Positions 14,796 through 28,790 of a stretch of DNA of 64,000 nt are shown piece after piece (the first letter of the stretch is position 1; every line of letters starts with the position of its first letter). The notes beneath the pieces are model-generated. The model was not told where the DNA came from. It was given only the letters and a program-made list of their open reading frames with translations, and searched no databases. The DNA comes from the human T2T-CHM13v2.0 reference genome, Homo sapiens. The stretch lies in NCBI RefSeq assembly GCF_009914755.1, contig NC_060927.1. One strand, written 5' to 3'. The translations under genes and the position numbers were made by a program.

Positions 14796-15786
14796 AACAT
14801 CACCCTCAAAGGATTCACAAATTAATAGGTTCATTCAACAATTATCTATTTAGTAGCCACTCCAGGCCTGCCACTGATATGCTATCTGTCTCAATGAAAA
14901 TCAGGATGAAGATTTATCATCGTTAGAGTATCTGGGGCAATGGGACCTAAGCTCTGAAAGCAATTTCTAAAAAGAAGCATCCAATATGTCCGGATCAAGG
15001 TCCAGCTCTTAGGAGCAGGTTTGTAGCAAATGATGACCATGGCAATGGCCACAAAGGGGTCACACTAGCAACAAAGTCTAATTAAGTCTATGGCAACAAG
15101 TTCCAAGGGTGATCTTTGCCAATTGGATGGCTATTTTACTCGAGACAATGATAAAATCAAGACAGTGCTTAAGTCTCTGCTGTCGTTAAGTTCATTATGG
15201 AAGATAGTTGGTCAGGATGGAGGTTCAGGTCAGAGGGGACAGGGACAAACTAAGCCTGGGAGAAGATGAATGTTCACAGTTTTGAGGGAATTTAGCAAAA
15301 GCCAAACTGAGATCACTCAAGACCAGGCGATGGTAGACAGACTCTCTAAATCCAGGCCACCGATGATGTTCTCCTTCTCTGAGGTTCTTCTCAGAGAACA
15401 TTTCCTCATCTGTAAAACGGGTGTGCTAAGTCCCCACTGTTTAATCCCTGGGGTTGCTGTGAGGATCAAATGAGGCACTCTGTAAACGGCAAAGGCCTGA
15501 GGCTTGTTTTCCAGCAAAAGCAGGTATCTAACGGCAGGAATAAAACTGTATTCTGAAGTCAAGCCAATAAGTGTGCTCGCTGGGACCAGACGGGTCCTGA
15601 AGAGGTACAGAACAGAACAGATGATCTTCAAGCAGGCAGCTGAGCAAGCAGCGTGAAGCTGTGGGTTTTGTGGAAGTGACTCTTGGAAGGCAAGTACTGC
15701 TGGGTGTTCCGTGGGGACTCCAGCTGAGGTGTCTCCAGTTCACTGTGAGATTACCAGACCTTGGCTAAAGGTCTCCTCACTTGCCT

Positions 15787-15831
15787 GAGAGAGAGAGAGA
15801 GAGAGTGTGTGTATGTGTGTGTGTGTGTGTG
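15787..15831. repeat. (GA)n(GT)n microsatellite
   Basis: Directly visible. Confidence 0.9.
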
Positions 15832-16334
15832 CACGTATACCCCTGTGCAGGACCACACACTCCTGGGCAGAGAAGAAGAGGGGGCTTCTATCCAGCCCAC
15901 TGTCCACTGGCCAAGCAATGTGCCATGTGGCTGCTTCCACCCAGAGGGGGCTGCCTTTTCCTAATGTGCCCCAAAGCACCCTATGGTCTAGTGGTGGGCA
16001 TGTGTGCACATGCAGGAACACACATGATCCCATACATGTGTGACAGCAGGGACTTATGCCTGAACGTTTATGATGGACACATCTTTGACAACCAGAATTC
16101 TAGTTCCATTCCTCACTGATTTCTTCTTTAAGCCCTATATGAGAAGGCTTCCCATTTCTAAAACTAAATTTCTTTTTACGTGACATCTGTGACCACCTTC
16201 AATCAAATGAATCCATTTGCAGCAGGGGTGACTGTTTTAATGTGTCTCTCATTCTCCTCTTGGGGCTAAGCTGCAAAATGCTTATTCCAGCTCGTCTTTC
16301 TTCCTGGTTCCCTGTCTTTCTTTCCTCCTTTCTT

Positions 16335-16361
16335 TTTTTTTTTTTTTTTTTTTTGAGACGG
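16335..16361 (-). mobile_element. Extremely 5'-truncated Alu-type insertion (CCGTCTC + poly(A))
   Basis: T-run + gagacgg flanked by the perfect direct repeat tcctcctttctt (16323-16334 and 16362-16373). Confidence 0.8.
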
Positions 16362-16660
16362 TCCTCCTTTCTTGATTCCCACTGGCCTAATGCCTTGTGG
16401 TTGCCCTCATCTGAAGCATATAGGGTGGAAATTTTAATTTCTCTAAACACAGACAGGTCAATGCCTCTCTGATAAAAGACAGCCTGGGTCACACTGTTCC
16501 CCACAGAAAAGCACCAAGAGATCACTCAAACTCTAGACAGTTTCCTCAAACTGATGTTAGTCTTGTGGAGGACAGAGATTATGTCTTGGGACACCCATGA
16601 GTATCTGTGACAAGTGTCTCAATAGAATAGTATCACGTCTGTTTTTAAAAGCACACAATT

Positions 16661-16961
<301 letters not shown>

Positions 16962-17429
16962 TCATTCAGCACTTTTTGTGTTCCAGGCACTGTGCTAGGT
17001 GCTTGTTGCCTTCCCACTAAATCCTCAGAATCACCCTATTTCACAGATGAGTAAATTGAGAACAGTTTCTCACCAGTAAGCCCTATACCTTTTAAGAAAT
17101 AAAACCAAGAGCAGATGAAGTGAGCCTTGATTCCTGAAAGCCACTAAGCCACTAGTTCTGAATCACTGGGGTGGGAGTGGCATGTAGTACAGATGCCACC
17201 TAATATGTCCATTTTACAAATGAAGAGACTGAAGCCCAAAGAGGAGTCTGGGATATTAGAGAGGCACAGTTGAGGGGCTAGAGCCCTGCCTTCTGAAAGC
17301 CCACAGGCTACTGAGAATACACAGCTGCAGCTGATAGGGACCACGATATGGGTCATGCAAGGCCCAAATAAGCAGTACAGAAAAGTTGCAACTACATGGA
17401 AGGCCTTGTAATACCCATACACCTTAGGG

Positions 17430-17650
17430 ATTAAAGAGCAGGAGTTTGGGGATCACTTCTGCCTTTTACTTGCTGCCTTGGGTAGCCACTTAACCCTTCT
17501 GCACCCCAGTTTCCTTATACTTAACATGGGAACAACACAAGTACCTTTCCCCAAAGTGTTGCTGTGAGGATTAAGCAACATAATCCTCATAAAATGCTCA
17601 GTACAGTGCCTGGTGCAGACGGAGTGCCCAGGCATTGTTAACTTATATTA
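17430..17650 (+). mobile_element. MIR SINE
   Basis: ccttgggtagccacttaacc…ccagtttcc…gttgctgtgaggattaa…cagtgcctgg. Confidence 0.7.
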
Positions 17651-17805
17651 TCTTGGTGGGCTAAGGAATGTTTTTGATGCTTGATTTTCAAAATGAATCA
17701 AATGTAAGCTGCCTTTCCAGTAGTATTTCAGGTCAATATAGTTTTCTTCAGTTTAGAATCTTCTGGGAACAACTTTGGAGAAAGCTCGCTCTAAGCAGAC
17801 TTTCA

Positions 17806-18249
<444 letters not shown>

Positions 18250-20708
18250 TTATTGAAAATTCCTATGGGACAAGCACTGGTTTTGATATTATATATATAA
18301 AATACACACATTATCTTTATTCATATTACATATTCATTAAATTCTTACCATGACCCCTATGAGGAAGTTATTAGATGTTGTTTCCATTTTCCAGGTGAGA
18401 AAACCAAGGTTTATCACTTTCCTGCCTCTAGCTTCAGTTTCTCCAATTGTGAGAGAGGCCAGTCCACACCTGTCTGCCTCATAAGGTTCCTAAGAATGCC
18501 CAGAAGACAAAACATACCAGGTTTGCGTTTGCTCCTCAAATGCAAAGACCCAGAAAACAACCAAGTTTGGCTGCTGTTCTCCACTGAGCTCCAGCCCAGC
18601 AGAGGGCCCCAGTGGTGGGTCAGAAGGGCACATCAATTTCAAGGGGAGACACTGGCCCCTAAGGAGCTTGTCATCAACTGCACATTGACTCTCCAGAGTG
18701 AAGACCTAGAATGGGGGCTTGTCTTACTTCATTCAACATGTTTCTTTGGGGCTTTTGCCTCTAATTCCTGCTGTTCAAGATCAGCAGGGAAACCAGCTAC
18801 TCAAAAATTAGTCCAACTCCATTTTAGTTATAGATGTGTCCCTGTTGGCTTGTGCCAAATGACCCAGGTCCCCCAAGAAAGCCACCGGAGAAAGAAAATT
18901 TGCTCTCAGACAGGGACAACGTTAAGGTGAGCAGCCCTCCACAGTGGTGTGATGTCTCCTGCGCCAGGCCTCCTATGGCCAGCGGATGCAGCCAAACCAG
19001 CAAAGTCCTTTACAAAACCCTCAAAGTGCTGACTCACCAAAATGCAAGCCATTAACTACCCCTGGACACTGGACCAGTGGGATGGAATTCCTCGCTTGAC
19101 TGAGGATGGAAATGCAGTGAAGACATCTTGGGATGCAGCCCACAAAGGTATTAGGGTGGCCTTCGGTTGAAAAAGGCAAAGTGAAGCAATCACCAGGCTC
19201 TTTCCCTCCATGGTGCAGATGTGGAAACCACCTGGCCAATGTCCACCCTGTCATTACCTGGTGTGGGGGTGGGGAGGAGGGCAGGTCCATGACTAGTAGA
19301 GATCCTCTTTGGATTGCATGTGAGGGTTTGACCAACACAAAGGATATCAGATTTGAAGAGCCAAAGCTGTAGGCCCACGTGTTAGCACCATTCAGCTAAT
19401 GGGGACACCTGAGCCTTCCTGTGATCTAGATAAGGAGCAAATCCTTGCGTTACCTGGTGCAGATCTCCATATATTCTATGAGCTCTACCACCGTTAGCCA
19501 TTCTGAGCCTCTTTTAGAGTAGTCTGGAGCTTGTGGGTGGCGGGGCACATGAGGGTTTTGGTAGGAGTCAGAACCAGGTATGAAGCTTGCCTTTGCTGCT
19601 CTGGGGAAGTGCCTCTCCACACCTTAGTTTTCTCAACTGTGTGACGGGAAAGGCATCTATTTCACAGAATTGGCAGTAAAATTAAATAAAATAACACCTC
19701 CTGTCCAAATAGAATAATTCAGTGTTTCCCAGACTTAAGGATGTCTCAGGCCAGTAAAATTAACACAAAACAAAGAAAACATGAACTAAGTCAATCTAGC
19801 ATTGCCAGATACCAACATTAAAAAAAATAAGACCTCCTTGGTCATCAACATTATAGAAGAAAGGCCATTTTAACACTGAAAGAGTAGAAAGGCCACAACC
19901 TCAGGATAAAAGGGCCTCCTTTCTCTTAGCTTTCTAGAAAGCTCTCACCATCCTCCTCATCCTGCTGAGGACGGGGAACCCTGTCATGGACCAGCATTGC
20001 CCTGGCCTCGTTTGGTTGCCGGGAAACCACTCAGATGCTGTACTCCAGCACGTGGAGGGAGGCTGGTGGATGTGAGTCTCCGACCTGGTTTATCACACTC
20101 TGACGTGCAATCCAAGCATTGCTGCGCACCCTCCACCCCGAGGTGGGCTTGGGCAGGCAGGTCCACAAAGTAGGTCCTCAGTGAGGGTAGGGTGAACAGA
20201 GGAATGGGGAACACCCAAAAGGGAGCAGTGGGCAGCCACAGAAGCTCTACAGAGAGTCCAGAACCAAAGGGAGGGTGCCAGTGCCTGCCAATCCACTGCC
20301 AGTCCACCGCCTATCCCTGTCCCCCACATGCAGAGGACTCTGTCCTCCAACTGCAGAGCAGACACAAAGGCTCTGGGGGCAGTCAAACAGCAACAACAAT
20401 GTTCATGTCAAAAGCATACAATTCTTTGTTTTGAAAGGGCAAAGAGAAAGCCACAGCTACAACTTTGTTCTCCGTCCAGGCTTGACATAGGGGGGGACAA
20501 ACTGCTGATTCTCGAAGGAGGCCCCTTTAAAATCAGTAAGAGACACAACATCCAATCCACTGCGCGGGCAGCCATTGCTGCAGAACAGCACCCCGTCATC
20601 CTCCTAACAGCTGGCACCTCCTGAGAATTTGCACATGCCGGCATAGACAGAGCAATCAGATAGAGATAGAGAGATGGATAGAGAGCTAACATATAGAAAA
20701 AAACAGAA

Positions 20709-20720
20709 TATCTATATCTA

Positions 20721-20771
<51 letters not shown>

Positions 20772-20776
20772 ATATC
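20709..20776. repeat. (TCTA)n tetranucleotide STR
   Basis: Directly visible. Confidence 0.95.
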
Positions 20777-23700
20777 TCCTTCACCCCTTAACAAAAGTTA
20801 CTATTCTCTCCATTTTACAGATGAGGAAACTGAGGTTTCTAAAGGTTGCCACCTTACTCAAGCTCTTAAGCTACTTTAAACTTTCCTTTTGATGATTAAA
20901 CGGCATGAGGCAGATGCATAACACTTTTCTCAGAACCACCCCCAGAGACAGAAGAGTGGCTGAGCCGTGCAGGGTTTGTCCGAGTGCACCAGGGCTGTGT
21001 GGAGAAGAAAAGAAGGGCAGCAAAATCAGATCCTAGAGGAAAATCATTCACTTATTGACGGGCAATGTCAACTGCCCTGGTTATGAATTATATGAATTAT
21101 ATGAATTCTCACCTGGTTATGAATTATAAGAGGCCCACACCCATTTTAAGAAAGACTTAGAATCAAATTCTTCCAACTCAAATCCATAACCACCTATTAA
21201 GTAACCACTTTATTCGTCGATGAATCTCAAATGCCTAAGACAGTGCCTGGCACATAGTAGGTGCTGAACAAGTATTTGCTGTTTCTTTATTGAATTGCTT
21301 ATCTGTGTGGAAGGCACTTTCCAAAAGCCTACTCAGGGTGTCCAGTTCTTTCTAACCAGATGCTTTCAAATCAAATATGAATGCTTCTTTTAAAACAGGA
21401 ATGGAAACAGCACAAGCCTTGCAGGGAAATTCTGACCTGGCCCCTTGCAGGCTGTGTGACTTCTAGAAGGTTCCTTAGTTTCTTGGAGCCTCAGGGGTCT
21501 TGTCTGCAATATGGGGATAGGAATAACTCTACATCTCTTGTTCATACAGTAGCGATCATAAAATAACCGTACAATGGATCATACCATGAAGAAAGGTATT
21601 CTGTGCCATGAGTACGATGAGGTGGGTCCCCAGGGCCACCACTTTAAGCCTCTTCCCTCTCTGGTTTCCAGGCCCCACATACCTCAGTAGTTATGGGAGG
21701 ACCAAGACTAGTTGTCCCTTCTGTCCTGGAGGGGCCTGAGGTCCTGGGCTTTTCCAGCTGTGGTTCCTTGGACTGAGCATCCAGACAGCTCCTCTGTGGG
21801 GCCCTAGGGCTTCACTCAGCAGTCTGCTCCACCACCACCCAGCTCACGTTCACCTCTTCTGTTTCTCCATGTCAGCTCCCCGACTCTGGGCCTGACAAAG
21901 CCAGAAACCAGGAGGAGAAATGCTCTGGCTTATCCATGGAAACAAACTGCTGCTTTTCAGAGACAAGACATCACCCAAACACAGGTCTATTTCCACAACA
22001 CTTGAGCCCAGCGCTGAATGCCAGCTCCAGAGGGCACCATGGGTTCTCCAGGGTTTCTACATGTCTGCACTTAGGAGGTGCTCAGGGAAAAGTAGATGAT
22101 CCATGAACACCATATTTCCATAGTTGCAGAAAGGGGTGATGGTTTCCTTTATGTCTAAGAAGTCTCATATCCAAGGAATGACAGGTGCTAGGAGCTTTCC
22201 CACATATCTTGCTTCGTCTTCCAATACTGCGATGGTCTGATCCCCACTTTACAACTGAGAAAACTAAAGCCCAGAGAGACCTAGTTACAGTTAGAAAGTA
22301 AGTCAGAATTTGAACTCATGAGATTCCAACTTTATTTTACTGGGTTTGAGAAAGTTTTTACGAATTATATTAAATCAGAGAGAGAGAGAGAATTGATTTT
22401 CAAAGTGGCTCTATTTTTTATTAGTTCAAAATCTGCATATTTTTATAAGACATACAAGCCTGGAGGTGGCAAGCAAACAAAATCCAAGCCAATGTGATTT
22501 CAATTTCTGTTCAAAGGGCAGGCAGAGTTAACACATAGATGCAGGCATTAGGATCTGCTTTGGCAAAGTGAGCCTAAAATAGCTGCTGTCCTATTCCCTG
22601 CCTCTCCCCCCAACCGTCATTCATTAATTTCTGCTTTGTGGGCGCCGAGGCTTGCCGGCTGCAGACAAGTCATCTGGCCTCGCAGACTTTTTCTGCAGCA
22701 GGGTAATAAATGTTCACAGGGACCCGACAGGAGATGGATGAGGGGACACATCGAGGTCACGATCACAGTAGCTACTGGATGCGCACGTTCTGGGGGGATC
22801 CCTGGGTCTGAAATGATTCTCTTGGTGACCTCAAGAGCATCTTCATGTTTCATCATCTTGGCTGGCACTTGAAAGGATGGTTTATGATCCTCTGATGGGA
22901 ACAGTGAGGAGTGGCAGCACCTTGTGGGTTATGAACCTCCAGGATGCGGGTTCCCGGCCTCCCCAGGGCAACACTGGGTAGACCTTATGCCTGCTTCCCT
23001 GTCCTCCCAACTAGCCTGCAAGTTTATGAGGACAGCATTAGGCCTGGTTCACAGCGATATGCCCAGGAGCAGTCACTGACCCCAGGACATGTGGTGGGGG
23101 ACAGAATGAGCCAGGAGCAGAGGAAAATGGGAGCCCACACCCGCCAGACACTGTGCACTCACTGGGGGATTCCTATGTGGGTGGGTGGGTGGGTGACTGG
23201 GCCTTACTCACTGGCAGCCCTGGATCCTGCAACAGGCTCTTCTGCTTCCAGTCACCTGTCATTGTGTGCCTACAAACTTACATCAGGGGCTGGGGCCTGG
23301 GGGCAGATAGAAGATGTATGAATGTCCATTTTCTTCCAGACAGGATTGATAGGCACATTAAATGAGATAATGCAGGAAGGCCTGCCTGACACACTGTATC
23401 GCAAAACACAAAAGTGTGAAGTCATTCCACAACCAACAACCTGTGGATCTAAGGCTTGACAATCACACTTTTTGGGGGCTGGGGAAATATGTTTCTGATG
23501 ACACAGTTGAAAGAAACAGTATCTGGTATTTTTAAAGTCATGGATATTCAACGCACATTTCATAACTCTTATAGTGGAGAATCCAATATGCCATGGCTAA
23601 GGGCCTCCTGCTTCCATTGGCCAACCTGTGAAATGGGTACAATCTACTCTTTTCCCTAGCAGATATGTGAGTGCCTCCTATGTGACAGGCCTGCTCTGGT

Positions 23701-24269
23701 GTGGGAGCACTGCAAGGAACAAAAAAGACAAAACCCCCTGCCCTCACAGGCTTCCATTCCAGTTAGGTGGACAGGATTAACTCCCAGTAAAGTACACAGC
23801 AAAGCTTGATGCTTCCTTCATTTGACTGTGGCTCCTTTGCTATTTTTAAAACAAATGGCGTAACAAACGCCTGATTCTGCTTCTTGCTGTTTCTTTGCGG
23901 TGATATGTTCCAGAGATAGAACCATTCTAGCAATAGAGATATGAGCCTACTTCATTTCTTTGTTTCTGTTATGTGGAATCAGCTCCCTCTTGTGGGGCAA
24001 TCACTAGAATGCAAACTCCACGAGGACAGGAACTTGGTTTATTTTGGTTATGGTTATATCCCCAGAGCCTGGCACACTGCCTGGCACATAGTAGGAAGCC
24101 AATAGATGATTATTAGGTGAACAAATACATCTAGGTCATTCCAATGCCTTGATATCAAATGATGTTCAGTGATCATCTCTGCATAAGCCTCTCTGGGCGT
24201 GGGACCATGTCTCTGTTGCAGGCACCATGCAGTGGGCTTACCAGGCCAGAGCACCTGTGTCTTTATTTA

Positions 24270-25040
24270 TAACTTTTTATTTGGAAGTAAAGGTTCACAG
24301 GAAGTTGCAAGGAAATGTACAGGGAAGACACATGCACTCCTTCCCCTAGCCTCCCCCAAAGTTAACATTTGCATAAATAAAGTATAATACCAAAACCAAG
24401 AAATGGGCATTGTTACAATCCACAGAGCTTCTTCAGATTTCACTAGTCATACAGGCACCCATCTTTGTATGTGTCTGTGTGTGTGCACAAGTGCATATGT
24501 AGCTCCATGCAATTTTATCACATTACCTTTGCATAACCACCACCACTATCAAGGTACTCAACTGGACCATCACCACAAGACTCCTTCGTACTACCCCTTT
24601 ACAGCCGAATGGCTCTCTCCCCCATCCCTAACCTTTGACAACCAGCAGACTGTTCTCATCTCAGTAATTAGGTCATTTCACTAATGTTACATAAATGACA
24701 TCATGCAGTATGTAACTTTTTAGGACTGGCATTTTGCACTCCTCGAGGTTCATTCAGGTTGTTGTGTGTATCAATAGTTTGTTCCTTCTTATTGCTGAGT
24801 ACTGTTCCACGGGGTGGATGGACCACAGCTGTTTAACACATGAATGTATTTTTAATTCAAGTAGGTGCTGCTGAATTGCCCTCAATGGGCTGTGGCATGA
24901 AAACTCTGACCAGCAGAGTATATGGCACCTATTTCTTCTCCATTCTCACCAATACTTGATAGCATCACATTTTTCAATTTCTGTCAGTCTGATGAGTGAA
25001 AATTGATCACTCATTGTTTGGGGATATACATTTTCCTGAT
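24270..25040 (-). mobile_element. Old L1 (L1MB/MC) 3' fragments
   Basis: ggttcacaggaagttgcaa…; catgcagtatgtaactttt…caatagtttgttccttcttattgctgagta. Confidence 0.7.
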
Positions 25041-25189
25041 TCTACCAATAAAACACTTCTGGAAAACTCTTTGCACATTAAGGGGATCTTGGGCATTACA
25101 AAGACTTAAGTAGGGATGTCTGCCTGCCCCCTTCCCCCCTCCCTCTCTGCTGACAGCCCTAGAGGTCAATGCTGATTTTGGCAGCTGTG

Positions 25190-25539
25190 CAAACTGAAGG
25201 TCTCTATGGCCCTAATTAATGGCTGGCCTGTATGCAAGCCATTTCCAGTGTGATGTTGTGGCTGCTTGTGATTAAAAGGGGAAGTCTATGTCCCCACTCT
25301 TTGAATTTTGGGTGACCCTGTGACTTGCTTTGGCCAACAGTGTCACTAGAAATGACACTGCTGTATGAGTCTGTTTTCATGCTGCCGATAAACATATACC
25401 CAAGACTGGGCAATTTACTGAAGAAAGTGGTTTAATGGACTTACAGTTCCACGTGGCTGGGGAAGCCTCACAATCATGGTGGAAAGCAAGGAGGAGTAAG
25501 GCACATCTTACATGGATGGTAGCAGGCAAAGGAGGGAGG

Positions 25540-25580
<41 letters not shown>

Positions 25581-26130
25581 CTTGTGCAGGGGAATTCCTC
25601 TTTTTAAAACCATCAGATCTTGTGAGCCTTATTCACTATCATGAGAACAGCACATGAAAGACCTGCTCCCATGATTCAATTACCTCCCACCGGGTCCCTC
25701 CCACAACACATGGGAGTTCAAAATGAGATTTGGATGGGGACACAGCCAAACCATATAAACTGCCAATTCTGAGCCTAGGTCTCAAGAGTCCTTGCATGCT
25801 GCTTGCTCTCTCTCTCTCATAACTCTACCACTGTTACGTGAACAAACACAGGCTAGGGCAGACACTACATAGAGTAAAGGAGAGTTGTCACAACTGAGGT
25901 CATCCCAGACCAGCCTAGAGCCAGCCAACCCCTAACCAAGTGAGAGAGCCCGCCAGGATCCACAGAGCTACCTACCTGACCTACAGCAGACTACAGACAA
26001 GTGAGAGAACCAGCCAGGACCAGAAGCATCATTTAGCTGACCTGTAGATTTTTCAGCAACAAGACATGCTTACTATTTTAAGATGCTGACTCTGGAGCAG
26101 TTTGTCACATAGCAATTGCTAATAGTGATA
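25190..26130 (+). mobile_element. MLT1F/G-type LTR interrupted by THE1
   Basis: tgtccccactctttgaatt…ctgtgacttgctttggccaacag…|…ttctgagcctaggtctcaagag…catagcaattgctaatagtgataca. Confidence 0.65.
25362..25758 (-). mobile_element. THE1B-like MaLR solo LTR with internal (GA)n expansion
   Basis: Reverse THE1 ending ggggacacagccaaaccatat; 5-bp TSD actgc at 25357-25361 and 25759-25763. Confidence 0.92.
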
Positions 26131-27269
26131 CAGCAGTGCAGGAGGCAATCTTCAGCTAGACAAAGCTCCCTGAACATGGTGACATTCCCACAAGACAGAT
26201 CTGAAAAAGTCTCTGGCAAAGTCAGTCTCAGATGTCTTGGTTGCAACATACAAAGTCCCACATAAGTTCCCCACCTCAATCCCAGCCCCCAGCCACCCAC
26301 TCTGAGTAAGGAACTTGAACAACTTCTGTCAAAGATAGTTCTCGTCTTAACATAACAGTGGGTGAGAAACCCAAAGTGGTGAAACTGCCTCCTCCCCAGC
26401 CTCACCCTATGAAACACGGTGTTTGCAGATAAAAATACTCTTTCCCCTCCTCTCCAACATGGAAACTGTCCAGGGTCAGCCTCCCACACACTTCCACTCA
26501 ATTTCTGACTCTGGTTATAAAACCTTGTGCCCAAAAATAGATTCCAAGGGGATTTCATAGACATGTTCTCCGGCATAATTGCAGTGTTCCTGCAAACTTT
26601 GGGGAAATTCAATTTCAGTCTTTGAACACACAGTCTTCAAAGCCCTGCCTCCCAGGTATTAAACATCAGGATGAGCTGCGATTGATTCCTCTCTCTCTCT
26701 CTCTCTGGTTCTCCCACAGCGAGGGCAGGTGTCAGATGCAGATGTTCTCCATGCTCTTCTGCCTCCTTTGGTTTCAGCCTTTCCTCTCCGTGCCCACCTC
26801 CAAATGGCCTGGCGCAGGGTTTCCGCAGCTGCCTGGACTTGCTGACTCTGTAGCCTCCTCTGGCTCCTGGTTGCTCTTCCTTCCATCCCCTGCCCTGCCT
26901 TCCCTCTGCTTCACAGCAACAAAGGCAGCCCTGACACCCCCTCACTCACTTCTGATCCCTTTAGTCATTGCAGCTCCCCCTTTCCACCTCACACAAGGGC
27001 AGAGTTTGGGCAAGAGAGAATGCTAGAAACCAACCATCCCAATCCCTTTACTTTTTGGGTGAAGAATGGAAAGCCAGACTGGCAGGAAAGCCAATGAAGT
27101 CAAGGTGAAATGTGGAGGTGGTAACCAAGATAGAATAGAAGCCCAGGGTCCCTGCACCAAGGAGTCGCCATTAGGTCTGGTTACCTACCAAGTTCCAAAC
27201 CAATAACAACACTATTGATAGTAAGAATAGCTCCATTATTAAATTTTTATGATATGCTTGGTACTGGAA

Positions 27270-27400
27270 ACATTGAACTATTATCATCATTTTACAGATG
27301 GAAAATTGAGGTACAGGGAAGGGAGTGTTTTCCCTAAGGTCACATAGCTGTTCACTGGCAGGGCAGGGATTTGAAGTCAGATTCGATGCCAAAGACCATG
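27270..27400 (-). mobile_element. MIR SINE
   Basis: tttacagatggaaaattgagg…cctaaggtcacatagct…ggatttgaa. Confidence 0.7.
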
Positions 27401-28419
27401 GCTCCTCAAGCCCACCCTGAATCCTATTACAAACACCTCTCCCATCGTGCTTTTTTTCCTCTGCATTTTCACTGCACCACGCCTTTCCTAGGCCTTCTTG
27501 TCAGTTTCCAGGCTTCCCTTTCAGTCACTCCACCACCTGCTGGTCTCATGTGGGCCCTGAATAGTCATCACAGCCCCTTTGCAGAAGGGAGCCAGCTTTT
27601 CAGAACAGATCTGTGCTGTAAGTCAGATCCTATGACCTCCTGGCTGTGTGACTTTGGGCAAGCAACCTCACCCTCTGAGCCTCAGCATCTATAAAATGGG
27701 GACAGAAGGATCTACTCCATAGAGACACAGGAAAGATGAGATAAAATAAGTATAAGGACAATACCCAACATACAGTAGGCCCTCCAGAAAGAGTCCCCTT
27801 TAGGCTCTATCGCACTCTCCTCCACTGTTTGAGGACAGAGATGTTTTTCTCCACGACATACCTCTGCCCATCTCTGGGGCCTCTTCCTATGGATGTATTC
27901 CCTGCTCCCCACCCCATGGCACATACAGTCTGCCTTAGAGGCCAGGCCTCAAGTCCAAATTTTTCTTAGGTTCTAGCATTTTCTCGACAACTAAATTGCA
28001 ACATCTTTGAGGACAAAGCCATTCCTATGCTCTCTGAAGTACCTAAACCATCCCCTCAAATTGACAGGCGTGCAGCAAATCCTAAATCTCAGGGTTTGAT
28101 GGAGAAACATCTACTGATTTCACTCACTCATTCGTTCATTCATTCAGCCAATACTTTTCTCAATACCTACCACGTGCCTTGCCCTGTGCTAGCCTTCAAG
28201 GGACTTGGGAAGGAATAAGTCTCAATCCTTGTTCTCACAAAGCTCCCTGCCTAGATGGGAGGCAGGAGAGTCAGCGTACAGTTGGGGCAGATGGTAGGGG
28301 CTGCTCCCCAGTGGACACTCCCTCCTACTTCCTGGCTGGCAGAGCCCTGACTGTGTCAGTTTCTGCCTGTGCTCTCAACTGACTCAGAGATAAGTCCTGG
28401 TCCATTTAATCCCTGCTGG

Positions 28420-28790
28420 GCTCATTCCTCGGCCATGATTGGTTTAGGCATGGCCACGTGACCCAATTCCAGCCAATGAGACACAAGAGGAGGTTGGTGG
28501 GGATGTCTGGAAAAGAATTCCTCCCTGATAAAAGAAACGCAGAGATACCTCCTGCCTTTTGTCCCTGGGGTGCTGTGAGATATTCAGGGGATGCTCTGGA
28601 CAGGGATAATGCCTTCTGGTTGACAATGGCAGAAAGACAGAAGGACCATGGGTTTTGATGGCATGGATGAGCCACTGGGTTAACCAACTCCAGAGCTAAT
28701 CCACCTTTGATTATGTGAGGTAAGAAAGGGCCATATGTTTAAGTCAGCTGAGTCAGGAAATCCAATTCACTGAAGTCAAAAGCAGGCTCC
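28420..28790 (+). mobile_element. Old MLT1 (J-type) LTR
   Basis: gattggtttaggcatggccacgtgacccaattccagccaatgag…ggcagaaagacagaagga…tttaagtca. Confidence 0.6.

Noticed and set aside
20657-20776. Potential hairpin between the AGAT-rich run and the (TCTA)n run
   Set aside because: An imperfect by-product of complementary simple repeats; no evidence for a structured RNA.
26073-27026. 179-aa and 134-aa ORFs in partly unique sequence
   Set aside because: Both have non-ATG starts, no domain similarity I recognise and no convincing splice context; one overlaps an MLT1 end.
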